From Candidatus Ratteibacteria bacterium (GTDB lineage: Bacteria; Ratteibacteria; UBA8468; B48-G9; JAFGKM01), in NCBI GenBank assembly GCA_046296715.1, contig JBKBIN010000013.1:1-34674 (forward strand): a stretch of DNA of 34,674 nt, given 5' to 3'. The stretch's first letter is position 1; every line of letters starts with the position of its first letter. Below are positions 1 to 9,070 of the stretch, one piece after another. The notes under the pieces are model-generated. The model had not been told where the DNA came from and made no database searches. It saw only the letters and a list, made by a program, of their open reading frames with translations. The translations under genes and the position numbers were made by a program.

Positions 1-2
1 AC

Positions 3-362
3 TATGCAAGATTTAATGAAGAATGGACTGATATTTATCCTTCAAACATTGCTTCAAAGATTGGTCCATTATTCTATGCTTATGCTTTGGCAAATTTTAC
101 TGCACCCTCACTTGCTAACCGTCACTCAATCAATCTTGGAATGGGTATTTCACCTGCAGAAAAATGGTCTGTTTCTCTTGATACATACTGGGTTGATGAA
201 CTTGGAGGATCTGGAAATACATTAGGATATGATGTCAATCTTGGGATTGAATATAAACATACTGAAGATTTGACATTTGGATTAATTGGCGGTAAAGTTT
301 TTGGCGGAGATTATGATATAAAGGCTTGGCAAATTCTTGGATATACCAAAGTTGCTTTCTAA
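3..362 (+). CDS. Partial (5'-truncated) outer-membrane beta-barrel protein, probably alginate-export (AlgE)-like; C-terminal part only
   Basis: The frame of ORF 87..362 is open back to the window edge (YARFNEEWTDIYPSNIASK...). It has alternating amphipathic beta-strand patterns (LGYDVNLGIEYKH, LTFGLIGGKVFGG) and ends in a BAM-type terminal Phe (YTKVAF*). A terminator follows. Confidence 0.6.
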   Translation, partial: YARFNEEWTDIYPSNIASKIGPLFYAYALANFTAPSLANRHSINLGMGISPAEKWSVSLDTYWVDELGGSGNTLGYDVNLGIEYKHTEDLTFGLIGGKVFGGDYDIKAWQILGYTKVAF

Positions 363-377
363 GGTGATACAGAATTT

Positions 378-414
378 AAACCCCGGCTATCTTTTTTGGT
401 GGCCGGGGTTTTTT
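378..414 (+). terminator. Rho-independent terminator
   Basis: GC-rich hairpin AAACCCCGGCTATC-TTTTTT-GGTGGCCGGGGTTT (with G:U pairs) followed by a T-run, 15 nt after the stop codon at 362. Confidence 0.85.
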
Positions 415-420
415 ATTTTA

Positions 421-429
421 TGGTAAAAT
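421..429 (+). promoter_or_regulatory. Extended -10 promoter for the pyrE operon (near-leaderless)
   Basis: TGgTAAAAT lies 9 nt before the pyrE ATG, directly after the upstream terminator. No Shine-Dalgarno is evident. Confidence 0.55.
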
Positions 430-438
430 TTAGTAAAG

Positions 439-984
439 ATGGAAAAAATTAAGGAAAGATTAAAAAGAATTTTACATGAAAGAGCAGTAGTTTTTAAAGA
501 AGTAGTTTTATCAAGTGGAAAAAGGAGTAATTTTTATATTGATTGTAGAGTTATAACTTTATCTCCTGAAGGACTTTATCTTGTCAGTAAAATAATTTTT
601 GAAATGATAAAGAATGAAAATATAGATGCAATTGGTGGACTTACACTTGGAGCAGATCCAATTGTAAGTGGTGTGTGTTTAATTAGTTATATAGAGAAAA
701 AACCTATAAATGGTTTTATTGTAAGGAATGTTAAAAAAGAGCATGGAATGGAAAAAATTATTGAAGGAAATTTAAAGGAAAACTCTAATGTTGTAATAGT
801 TGATGATGTTGCCACAACTGGCTCATCAATTTTAAAAGCAATTGAGGTTGTTGAAAGTTATAATTGTAAAATAAAGAAGGTTATATGTATTGTTGACCGA
901 GAAGAAGGAGCAAAACAAGAAATTGAAAAAAAAGGGTACAAACTTGAGTCAATATTTAAAAAAAGTGATTTAATTTCTCTTTAA
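439..984 (+). CDS. pyrE: Orotate phosphoribosyltransferase
   Basis: LSSGKRSNFYIDCR, GGLTLGADP, RxxxKEHG loop, and the PRPP-binding motif VIVDDVATTGSS. Confidence 0.93.
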   Translation: MEKIKERLKRILHERAVVFKEVVLSSGKRSNFYIDCRVITLSPEGLYLVSKIIFEMIKNENIDAIGGLTLGADPIVSGVCLISYIEKKPINGFIVRNVKKEHGMEKIIEGNLKENSNVVIVDDVATTGSSILKAIEVVESYNCKIKKVICIVDREEGAKQEIEKKGYKLESIFKKSDLISL

Positions 985-985
985 A

Positions 986-1858
986 ATGGATTGGAATCTG
1001 ATAGATAAAATAATAAAAGGTGCATTAGAAGAAGATATACAAAATGGAGATATAACAACAGATGGAATTTTTTCTGATAATTTTTTTGTTTGTTCTATAT
1101 TGGTTTGTAAAAGTGGCGGTGTAATATGTGGACTTGAGATTTTTAAAAGAACATTTCTTTTACTCTCCCCTTTATTTAAATTTGATTTTAAGTATAAAGA
1201 TGGTGATTTTGTAAAGAAAAAAACTATAATTGGTGAGATTGAAGGTCCTGTAAAAGAATTACTGAAAGGTGAAAGAACAGCATTGAATTTCCTGCAGAAA
1301 CTATCAGGCATAGCAACTGAAACAAGAAAATTAGTTAAAGAAGCAGGGAAAATTAAAATATATGATACAAGAAAAACAACTCCGAATTTAAGAGTTCTTG
1401 AAAAATATGCTGTAAAAGTTGGTGGAGGGGAAAACCATAGATTTGGACTTTTTGATATGGTTTTAATTAAGGATAATCATATAAAAGCAATAAGTGAAAA
1501 AGAAAATATAAACAAAATTTCAGCAATAAAATTTGCAATAGAAAAAGCAAAAAAATATACAAGAGGAAAATTTAAAATTGAGATAGAAGTTGAAAATTTT
1601 AAAGAAGCGATTTCTGCATACCAACAAGGTGTTGATATAATTATGTTTGATAATGCAAAATTAACTGATATTAAAAAATTTTGTGAATTCAAAAAAGGAA
1701 AAAGAGATTGTGAAATTGAAGTTAGTGGGAATATTGATTTAAAAAAGATAAAAAAATTTAAAAAAATTGATATAGACAGAATTTCAATTGGCTCAATAAC
1801 TCATTCTCCAAAAGCAGTTGATTTTTCATTAAAAATAATAAAATATTTGGGCAATTAG
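986..1858 (+). CDS. nadC: Nicotinate-nucleotide diphosphorylase (quinolinate phosphoribosyltransferase)
   Basis: ERTALNFLQ, DTRKTTP, NHRFGLFDMVLIKDNH, IEIEVE, IMFDN, EVSG and SIGSITHS motifs. Confidence 0.95.
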   Translation: MDWNLIDKIIKGALEEDIQNGDITTDGIFSDNFFVCSILVCKSGGVICGLEIFKRTFLLLSPLFKFDFKYKDGDFVKKKTIIGEIEGPVKELLKGERTALNFLQKLSGIATETRKLVKEAGKIKIYDTRKTTPNLRVLEKYAVKVGGGENHRFGLFDMVLIKDNHIKAISEKENINKISAIKFAIEKAKKYTRGKFKIEIEVENFKEAISAYQQGVDIIMFDNAKLTDIKKFCEFKKGKRDCEIEVSGNIDLKKIKKFKKIDIDRISIGSITHSPKAVDFSLKIIKYLGN

Positions 1859-1872
1859 GTAACAAAGAACAG

Positions 1873-2652
1873 ATGAAATATTTTGATACACATTGCCATC
1901 TTGATTTTGAACAATTTAATAGTGATAGAGAAGAAGTTATAGAAAGGGCAAAAGAACAAGGAGTTGAATATATTATAAATATTGGGACAAATCTTGAAAG
2001 TTGTAAAAAAGTTATAGAAATTTCTGAAAAACATGATTTTTTATTTGCTTCAATTGGTATTCATCCCCTTGATATATCTGAATATAAGTTAGAAGATTTA
2101 AAAGAAATTGAAAAACTTGTAAAAAACGAAAAAGTTGTTGCAATTGGAGAAACGGGGCTTGACTTTTATTATTCAAAAGAAAATAAAGATAAACAAAAAG
2201 ATTTTTTTATAGGTCAGATTGAAATCGCAGGAAAATATAATCTACCTTTAGTAATTCATCAAAGAGAAAGTAAAAATGAGATGATTGAGATAATTGAAAA
2301 GTTTAAATTGCCGGAGAAAGTTGTTTTTCATTGTTTTGGAGGTGATTTAGATTTTGCTCAATATTGTATAAAAAAAAATTTCTATGTTTCATTTACAGGA
2401 ATTTTAACTTTTAAAAACGCAAAAAATGTAAAAGATGTAGCAAAATTTTATCCTATTGAAAAAGTTATGGTTGAAACAGATGCTCCTTTTTTAGCACCTT
2501 ATCCATATAGGGGAAAAAGAAATGAACCATTTATGGTAAAATATATAGTTGAAGAGATAAAAAAAATAAAAGAGGAAAAAGAAAAAATTGAAAAAATAAT
2601 TTTTGAAAATTCTGTTAATTTTTTTAATATAAAATTGAGAAAAAACACATGA
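1873..2652 (+). CDS. tatD: TatD family deoxyribonuclease (YcfH-like)
   Basis: DTHCHL, GIHP, AIGETGLD, IHQR, FHCF, ETDAPFLAP and RGKRNEP motifs. Confidence 0.92.
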   Translation: MKYFDTHCHLDFEQFNSDREEVIERAKEQGVEYIINIGTNLESCKKVIEISEKHDFLFASIGIHPLDISEYKLEDLKEIEKLVKNEKVVAIGETGLDFYYSKENKDKQKDFFIGQIEIAGKYNLPLVIHQRESKNEMIEIIEKFKLPEKVVFHCFGGDLDFAQYCIKKNFYVSFTGILTFKNAKNVKDVAKFYPIEKVMVETDAPFLAPYPYRGKRNEPFMVKYIVEEIKKIKEEKEKIEKIIFENSVNFFNIKLRKNT

Positions 2653-3863
2653 GAAAAAAACTCAAAATTGGTATATTAGGTGCAGGAAGAGGTCTTTCAT
2701 ATAAAAATGTTGTTTCTTTAATTCCGAACATAGAAGTTTTTGGGATATGTGATTTTGATGAGAGGAAATTAAAAAATTTAAAAGACGAAAAAATTCATAC
2801 TTATAATGATTTTAATAAATTTATTGAGAATGATTTTGATATTCTAATAGTTGCAAATTACTGTACAGAACATGTTCCTTATGTGATTAAAGGATTACAA
2901 GCAGGAAAACATGTTCTTTCAGAAGTAATTGCGTGTAAAACACTTGCGGAAGGAGTTCAACTTTGTAGAGAAGTTGAGAAAGCACAAAAAAATGATATTT
3001 TTTATATGTTTGGAGAAAATTATTGTTATATTGACTATATACAGGAAATGGAAAAAATTTATAAAAAAGGGAAAATTGGCGAAATAAGGTATGGGGAAGG
3101 AGAATATATACATGATTGTTCACAGATTTGGGATAAATTAACAACATCGCCCAATCACTGGAGAAACTGGATTCCATCAACTTATTATTGCACCCATTCA
3201 CTTGGTCCATTCATAACAATAACAGATTTAAGACCTATAAGTGTAAGTGGTTTTGTTGTTCCAAATATCTTAAGTAGAAAATTTGGAAGAAAAGGAGATG
3301 ACTGGGGAATTTTAATAATAAAATTAGAGAATGATGCAATTTTAAGAATTATTCCATGGAGCGTTGGGCCACATGATTCTTTATGGTTTCGTATTTATGG
3401 AACAGATGGTATGATGGAGAATAAAAGATGGGAAAATACAAATATTTTAAATGTCCATTTCCAAAAATTATTTGAAAAACCAAAACTAAAAAGTTATAAA
3501 CCAGAATACAAAATTAAAAAAGCAAGTAAAACTGGTCATGGAGGGGCTGATTTTTTTGTCCTTTATGATTTTGTTAAAAGTATAAGAAAAAAACAAATCC
3601 CGAAAATAGATGTTTACAAGGCGATGGATATGACATTACCTGGAATTATTGGATATAAAAGTGCCCTTTTAGGAAATATGTCTTTAGAAATCCCTGATTT
3701 TAGAAAAGAAGATATAAGAAAGAAATATGAAAATGATAACTGGTCTCCAGATCCAAAAGATAGAAATTTACAGGAAAACCAACCATTTCCCTCAATCCTT
3801 GGAGAAATAGAAATTGAAAAAGAAATTTACGAAAGATTATATGGAAAAAAAATGAAATGGTAA
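2649..3863 (+). CDS. Gfo/Idh/MocA family NAD(P)-dependent oxidoreductase (GH109-like subgroup)
   Basis: N-terminal Rossmann fold KIGILGAGRG, GKHVLSEV, ENYCY, GEYIH, YCTHSLGP and GHGGAD. ATGA overlap with tatD. Confidence 0.8.
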   Translation: MRKKLKIGILGAGRGLSYKNVVSLIPNIEVFGICDFDERKLKNLKDEKIHTYNDFNKFIENDFDILIVANYCTEHVPYVIKGLQAGKHVLSEVIACKTLAEGVQLCREVEKAQKNDIFYMFGENYCYIDYIQEMEKIYKKGKIGEIRYGEGEYIHDCSQIWDKLTTSPNHWRNWIPSTYYCTHSLGPFITITDLRPISVSGFVVPNILSRKFGRKGDDWGILIIKLENDAILRIIPWSVGPHDSLWFRIYGTDGMMENKRWENTNILNVHFQKLFEKPKLKSYKPEYKIKKASKTGHGGADFFVLYDFVKSIRKKQIPKIDVYKAMDMTLPGIIGYKSALLGNMSLEIPDFRKEDIRKKYENDNWSPDPKDRNLQENQPFPSILGEIEIEKEIYERLYGKKMKW

Positions 3864-3872
3864 AATTAAAAC

Positions 3873-4334
3873 ATGGAATTGATAGAAGGGGTTAAAATAA
3901 AATCTTTAAAAATTATACCTGATGAGAGAGGATACTTGATGGAAATTTTAAGAAATGATGATGAGATATTTGAAAAATTTGGTCAGGTATATATAACTAC
4001 TGCATACCCAGGAGTTGTTAAAGCATGGCATTCTCACAAGTTTCAGGATGATAATTTAACTGTAATAAAGGGTATGGCAAAAATAGTTCTTTGTGATTTA
4101 AGAGAAGGAAGTCCTACATATAAAAAAATCAATGAATTTTTTGTAGGTATCTATAATCCTTTATTAATACATATTCCTCGACTTATCTGGCATGGATTTA
4201 AATGTATAAGCGAAGAAGAATGTATTGTACTGAATATACCTACAAATGTTTATAACTATGATAGTCCTGACGAATTAAGATTACCTTTTGATACACCCGA
4301 AATACCTTATAATTGGAAAAGGAGGAATTATTGA
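3873..4334 (+). CDS. rmlC: dTDP-4-dehydrorhamnose 3,5-epimerase family protein
   Basis: Cupin motifs DERG, GVVKAWHSH, DLREGSPT and WHGFK. Adjacent to rmlA and rmlB homologs. Confidence 0.85.
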   Translation: MELIEGVKIKSLKIIPDERGYLMEILRNDDEIFEKFGQVYITTAYPGVVKAWHSHKFQDDNLTVIKGMAKIVLCDLREGSPTYKKINEFFVGIYNPLLIHIPRLIWHGFKCISEEECIVLNIPTNVYNYDSPDELRLPFDTPEIPYNWKRRNY

Positions 4335-5056
4335 AGGGAATAGTTCTTGCTGGCGGACTTGGAACAAGATTATATCCATTGACTAAAGTAACAAATAAGC
4401 ATCTTCTCCCTGTTTATAATAAACCAATGATTTATTATCCAATCCAAACACTTGTTGATGCTGGGATTAAAGATATATTGATTGTTACTGGTGGAAATTC
4501 AGCAGGCGATTTTTTAAAATTACTTGGAAATGGTAAAGAATTTGGTCTTTCTCATCTAAGTTTTGTTTACCAAGAAGGAGAAAGAGGGATTGCTGATGCG
4601 TTATCTCTTGCCGAACATTTTTGTGAAAAAGAAAAGATGGTTGTTATTCTTGGAGATAATATAATTGAAAAAAGTATAAGAAAAGAGGTTGAAATTTTTG
4701 AAAGACAAGAAAAAGGAGCAAGGATTCTATTAAAGGAAGTTGAAAACCCTGAAAGATTTGGAGTGCCTGTAATAGAAGATGGAAAAATAATAAAAATAAT
4801 TGAAAAACCAAAAGTACCACCTTCTAATTATGCAGTTACAGGCATTTATATGTATGATTATCAGGTTTTTGATATAATAAGGACTTTAAAACCATCAGAA
4901 AGAGGAGAACTTGAAATAACAGATGTAAACAATAGATACATTGAAATGGGTTGCCTTACATATGGAATTCTTGATGGATGGTGGACCGATGCAGGAACTT
5001 TTGACTCACTTTTAAAGGCAAACATACTTGTGGCAGAAAAAGAAAGAAAAAAATGA
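4331..5056 (+). CDS. rmlA: Glucose-1-phosphate thymidylyltransferase (short SpsI/RmlA type)
   Basis: GIVLAGGLGTRLYPLT, KHLLPVYNKPMIYYP, LGDN, EKP, RGELEITD and WTDAGT. The start is more likely TTG 4331 (GGAGG at 4321-4325, overlapping the rmlC stop) than the track start at 4313. Confidence 0.88.
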   Translation: MKGIVLAGGLGTRLYPLTKVTNKHLLPVYNKPMIYYPIQTLVDAGIKDILIVTGGNSAGDFLKLLGNGKEFGLSHLSFVYQEGERGIADALSLAEHFCEKEKMVVILGDNIIEKSIRKEVEIFERQEKGARILLKEVENPERFGVPVIEDGKIIKIIEKPKVPPSNYAVTGIYMYDYQVFDIIRTLKPSERGELEITDVNNRYIEMGCLTYGILDGWWTDAGTFDSLLKANILVAEKERKK

Positions 5057-6042
5057 AAATAGTTGTGACGGGTGGTGCTGGTTTTATTGGTTCAAATTTT
5101 ATAAAATATATTCTCAATAAATACCCAAATTACAAAATTTTGAATGTTGATAAACTTACATATGCAGGAAACCTTGAAAATCTAAAAGAAGTTGAAAAAA
5201 ACCCAAATTACAGATTTTTAAAAAAGGACATATGTAGTCCTGATTTAATTGAATATATTGAAAATTATGAAGTTATTATAAATTTTGCAGCAGAAAGTCA
5301 TGTTGATAGGGCAATTTATGGTCCAGAAATATTCTTAAAAACAGATATATTCGGAACTTTTAATTTACTTGAAATTTCAAAGAAGAAAAATTTAAGATTC
5401 ATTCAAATTAGTACTGACGAAGTTTATGGTAGTATTGAAAAAGGGAGTTTTGATGAAAGTTCTCCACTAAATCCATCAAATCCATATTCAGCAAGCAAAG
5501 GTAGTGCAGATTTACTTACTCTTTCTTATTTTAAAACATATAAATTATCTGTCAATATTATAAGAAGTTGCAATAATTATGGACCAAATCAATATCCTGA
5601 AAAATTTATACCTTTAATGATAACAAATACAATAGAAAATAAAAAACTACCAATTTATGGAGATGGACTTTATATGAGAGAGTGGATTTATGTTTTAGAT
5701 AATTGTAAGGCAATAGACCTTGTTTTGCATAAAGGGAAAGAAGGAGAAATTTATAATGTCTCATCAGAATTTTGTATAACAAATATTGAAGTTGCTAAGA
5801 AAATTCTTAAATCCCTCAATAAAAGTGAAGATTTGATAGAATTTGTTAAAGATAGACCAGGTCATGATAGAAGATACAGTATAAGTTGTGAAAAGATTAA
5901 AAAACTTGGATGGAAATCTGAAACTGATTTTGAAACAGGTCTTAAATTAACTATAAAATGGTACATTGAAAATAAAAATTGGTGGCAAAAGATAAAAGAA
6001 AACAAACAATTTCTTACCCACTATAAAAAAACCTACAAGTAA
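5053..6042 (+). CDS. rmlB: dTDP-glucose 4,6-dehydratase
   Basis: VTGGAGFIGSNF, DKLTYAG, AAESHVD, STDEVYG, YSASK, NNYGPNQYPEK and DRPGHDRRY. Confidence 0.95.
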   Translation: MKIVVTGGAGFIGSNFIKYILNKYPNYKILNVDKLTYAGNLENLKEVEKNPNYRFLKKDICSPDLIEYIENYEVIINFAAESHVDRAIYGPEIFLKTDIFGTFNLLEISKKKNLRFIQISTDEVYGSIEKGSFDESSPLNPSNPYSASKGSADLLTLSYFKTYKLSVNIIRSCNNYGPNQYPEKFIPLMITNTIENKKLPIYGDGLYMREWIYVLDNCKAIDLVLHKGKEGEIYNVSSEFCITNIEVAKKILKSLNKSEDLIEFVKDRPGHDRRYSISCEKIKKLGWKSETDFETGLKLTIKWYIENKNWWQKIKENKQFLTHYKKTYK

Positions 6043-6047
6043 TAAAT

Positions 6048-7322
6048 TTAAAATTTAAATGCCACTTCCCATCTAAAAAATATTGAATTTTTATGAGTAT
6101 CTGGATAATAATTGCCAGGAATAAAATATTCAACCCAGAGATGACTTGAAATATTAGGTGTAAATTTATGTCTTAATATCATTGTTGGCAGATGACCTCG
6201 TTCCTTTCCTGTTCCAAGTAATGGTCCAACAGGTCGTTGGTTTGCTCTAAAATAATTGTAAGATAAAGATAAAGTTGTATTTTTTGATAATAATAAATTT
6301 AAAGATGCTCTCCAAAGATTATAATTTGTAAATTTTGCTATCTCTCCGTCATAAAAATAGTAATAAAGCAGTAATTCACTTATCCATGGCCATCTTCCAA
6401 AAACTGGGTCCCATCCTTCATCTTTGTCTGTTGTATCAGGATTATCTCCTGAAAGGTAAGCATATCCAATATCAATTGAAGGCATAAATTTTACTTCTTT
6501 AAAATTTCTTGTTAAAAATAAATAGCCACCAACACCTTGTTTATCTCTTCCATCTTTATATTCTCCCCATTGATAAGCAATTTCTCCTCTCAATCTCCAT
6601 GGATCAAAATTGTAAACACTTCTTGTTCCAATCGTATTAAATCCAAGTGCAGAATTTGACCCATAACCTTCTTGATGTTTATAAATATAGTAGGGTTCAA
6701 GTGTTAACTTAATATTCTCAAATGGATTTAATTTTCCATATATAAAACCCCCAATTTCATCAGAATTTCTTAAAATTTTATGTTGATTATTTATTATTGG
6801 CATATAATCTTCTCTGGGATTTGAAAAGAAAACAAAATCAATTAAATTTTTTTCATTAAAATGATATGTTGCTTTTAAAGCGTCAAAATAAAATGTTCTT
6901 GAACCATCTCCAGGTGTTCCTTCCATAATTACAAAACCTTCACCATATTGCATAATAAAGTCCTGTCTTCCAATTTTTAGATCCCAATTTGAACCAAAAA
7001 GTTTTTTGAACTCAAAATAAAGATTTTCAAAAATAAATTCATCATCGCTTCTACTTCTTCCTCTTGAAAGAAATCCACCTTTTTCAACATAAAATCTTGG
7101 TTCTCCTGAAAATTTTATAAAAATTGTATTATTTTTTTCAAAATTCCATTTTCCCCATAAAGAAAGTTTAACTCTGAAAAAGTTATCATCATCTTTACCA
7201 ACAGGAGCAAAAATACTTCCAAGATATTCTTCCCTTAATCTTAAATCAACACCATGATCAAATTTAACATCACAAAAAATAAAAAAACTTAAAAAAACAA
7301 ATAAAAACAAAAACTTTTTCAT
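6048..7322 (-). CDS. Alginate-export (AlgE-like) family outer-membrane beta-barrel; last gene of the paaK/ACT/SSS operon
   Basis: Signal-like N-terminus (MKKFLFLFVFLSFF), LRLREE, LKIGRQD, GEIAYQWG, YAYLSGDNPDT..WDPVFG and terminal Phe (EVAFKF*). GGAGG SD upstream. Confidence 0.75.
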   Translation of the reverse strand: MKKFLFLFVFLSFFIFCDVKFDHGVDLRLREEYLGSIFAPVGKDDDNFFRVKLSLWGKWNFEKNNTIFIKFSGEPRFYVEKGGFLSRGRSRSDDEFIFENLYFEFKKLFGSNWDLKIGRQDFIMQYGEGFVIMEGTPGDGSRTFYFDALKATYHFNEKNLIDFVFFSNPREDYMPIINNQHKILRNSDEIGGFIYGKLNPFENIKLTLEPYYIYKHQEGYGSNSALGFNTIGTRSVYNFDPWRLRGEIAYQWGEYKDGRDKQGVGGYLFLTRNFKEVKFMPSIDIGYAYLSGDNPDTTDKDEGWDPVFGRWPWISELLLYYYFYDGEIAKFTNYNLWRASLNLLLSKNTTLSLSYNYFRANQRPVGPLLGTGKERGHLPTMILRHKFTPNISSHLWVEYFIPGNYYPDTHKNSIFFRWEVAFKF

Positions 7323-7340
7323 AAAAACCTCCTTTCTTTT

Positions 7341-7754
7341 TTAAAAATCAATAATTTTATAACTCTTTTCTTTTAAAATCTTTTCAACCATTTTAACATC
7401 TTTAACTTTCAAAATCAAAACCGCTTTTACTCCTTCAGTAACTATAAAGCCATAAGCATCTTCTATGTTAATTTTATTTTTTTCAAGAATCTTAGCAATT
7501 TTGTGAAAAGAACCAACTTCATCAGGAATTTCAACAACTACAACTTCCTGTAAAGAAACAAGAAAATTATTATTCTTTAAAATTTCATATGCTTTCTGAT
7601 TGTCGTCTGTCATAATTTTGATTATCCCAAAACTTCCACTGTCTGCTATAGTCATTGCTTTTAGGTTTATTTTTGCTTTTCCAAGAATTTCTGTTATTTT
7701 GCTTATTTTTCCTGGTTTGTTTTCAACAAATATTGATATTTGTTTACCCATCAT
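7341..7754 (-). CDS. Tandem ACT-domain protein (paaK-associated type)
   Basis: KQISIFVENKPG, INLKAMTIAD..FGII, and a second ACT unit EIPDEVGS...INIEDAYGF. ATGA overlap with paaK2. Confidence 0.88.
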   Translation of the reverse strand: MMGKQISIFVENKPGKISKITEILGKAKINLKAMTIADSGSFGIIKIMTDDNQKAYEILKNNNFLVSLQEVVVVEIPDEVGSFHKIAKILEKNKINIEDAYGFIVTEGVKAVLILKVKDVKMVEKILKEKSYKIIDF

Positions 7755-9070
7755 AATCTCCTTTTATCAATCACTCTTTTTGCTTTACCTGTTGTTGTCG
7801 GTAAAGTTCCAGGTTCAACAAATTCAATAATTGGAGTCACTAATATTTTTTCTTTCAATTGTTCTTTTATCCTTTCCTGTAAATTTCTCAGTTCATTTAT
7901 TTCGCCTCTAAAAAAGTCCCTTTTTATCTCTATTTGAACTGTCAAAATATCCATCCCCTCTTTTCTATCAATAATTATCTGATAATTCTTATCAACTTCT
8001 GGAAATTCCATAACAACTGCTTCAATTTGCGAAGGGAATATATTTACACCCTTAACAATAAACATATCATCTGCTCTACCTTTAATCCTTTGAATTCTTC
8101 TATGAGTTCTTCCACATTTACATCTTCCTTTTATAATCCTTGTTAAATCACCTGTTCTGTATCTTATTAAAGGCATACCCTCCCTTTTTAATGTTGTAAG
8201 GACAAGCTCCCCTTCTTCTCCTTCTCTTAAAACTTCGCCAGAATTAGGGTCTATAATTTCCATAAAATACTGGTCCTCCCATAAATGAAGTCCATCTTTA
8301 AAAGGACATTCAAAGGCAACCCCAGGACCATTCATTTCAGAAAGACCATAACAATTAAAAATATCTATACAAAAAATATCTTCAAGTTTTTTTCTTGTGT
8401 TTTCTGAGTGTGGTTCTGCTCCAATAATTGCTTTTTTTAGATTGAAATCTCTTCTTGGAGAAAACCCTTTTTCTTCAATAAAATGAGCAATATAAAGTAA
8501 ATAACTGGGTGTAATATGAATAACTGTTGTTTTAAGTGTCTTCATCAATTCTATCTGTTTTTCTGTATTTCCAGTACCAGAAGGTATGACGAGAGCTCCA
8601 ATTTTTTCTGCTCCATAGTGAAGTCCAAGCCCGCCTGTAAAAAGACCATAAGACATCATATTTTGAAAAACATCTCCTTTTCTAACTCCTATCATATACA
8701 AACATCTTGCTACAATATTTGCCCATATTTCAATATCTTTTCTTGTATAAAAAATATATTTTGACCTTCCAGTTGTTCCAGAAGAACTATGAACTCTTAA
8801 AATATTTTCTAAATCAGTGGCAAGAAAACTAAAAAGATCATTTTCAACAAGGTCAAATTTTGTTGTGAAAGGAAGGAGTTTAAAATCATCTAAACTTTTT
8901 ATTTTTTTAAATTTTTTAAATTTTGAACCATAGAATTCAGTTTTTAAAGATCTTTCAAATGTAGAAATTATTCCTTCAAGTTGGATCTGTTCTAACTCAT
9001 CTTTGTCAATTACTTCTATATTCTTTTCCCAATAGTCAAGATCTGATAAAAAGTCCTGTTTCTGTTTCAT
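7751..9070 (-). CDS. paaK: Phenylacetate--CoA ligase family protein (copy 2)
   Basis: [66 protein letters not shown] and [18 protein letters not shown] upstream. Confidence 0.9.
   Translation of the reverse strand: MKQKQDFLSDLDYWEKNIEVIDKDELEQIQLEGIISTFERSLKTEFYGSKFKKFKKIKSLDDFKLLPFTTKFDLVENDLFSFLATDLENILRVHSSSGTTGRSKYIFYTRKDIEIWANIVARCLYMIGVRKGDVFQNMMSYGLFTGGLGLHYGAEKIGALVIPSGTGNTEKQIELMKTLKTTVIHITPSYLLYIAHFIEEKGFSPRRDFNLKKAIIGAEPHSENTRKKLEDIFCIDIFNCYGLSEMNGPGVAFECPFKDGLHLWEDQYFMEIIDPNSGEVLREGEEGELVLTTLKREGMPLIRYRTGDLTRIIKGRCKCGRTHRRIQRIKGRADDMFIVKGVNIFPSQIEAVVMEFPEVDKNYQIIIDRKEGMDILTVQIEIKRDFFRGEINELRNLQERIKEQLKEKILVTPIIEFVEPGTLPTTTGKAKRVIDKRRL

Noticed and set aside
4..225. ORF 4..225 (+)
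   Set aside because: Out-of-frame overlap with the barrel frame, which is open from position 3 and has recognisable outer-membrane features.
970..3210. Short minus-strand ORFs (970..1311, 1477..1692, 2887..3210, 2919..3113)
   Set aside because: Antisense shadows of nadC and the oxidoreductase with no motifs.
4313..4330. Track start for rmlA at 4313
   Set aside because: GGAGG at 4321-4325 and the family N-terminus (MKGIVLAGG) favour TTG at 4331.
3873..6042. Link between dTDP-rhamnose genes and EF-P rhamnosylation
   Set aside because: No earP in the window, the EF-P tip aligns to Gln, and the genes are about 26 kb apart.
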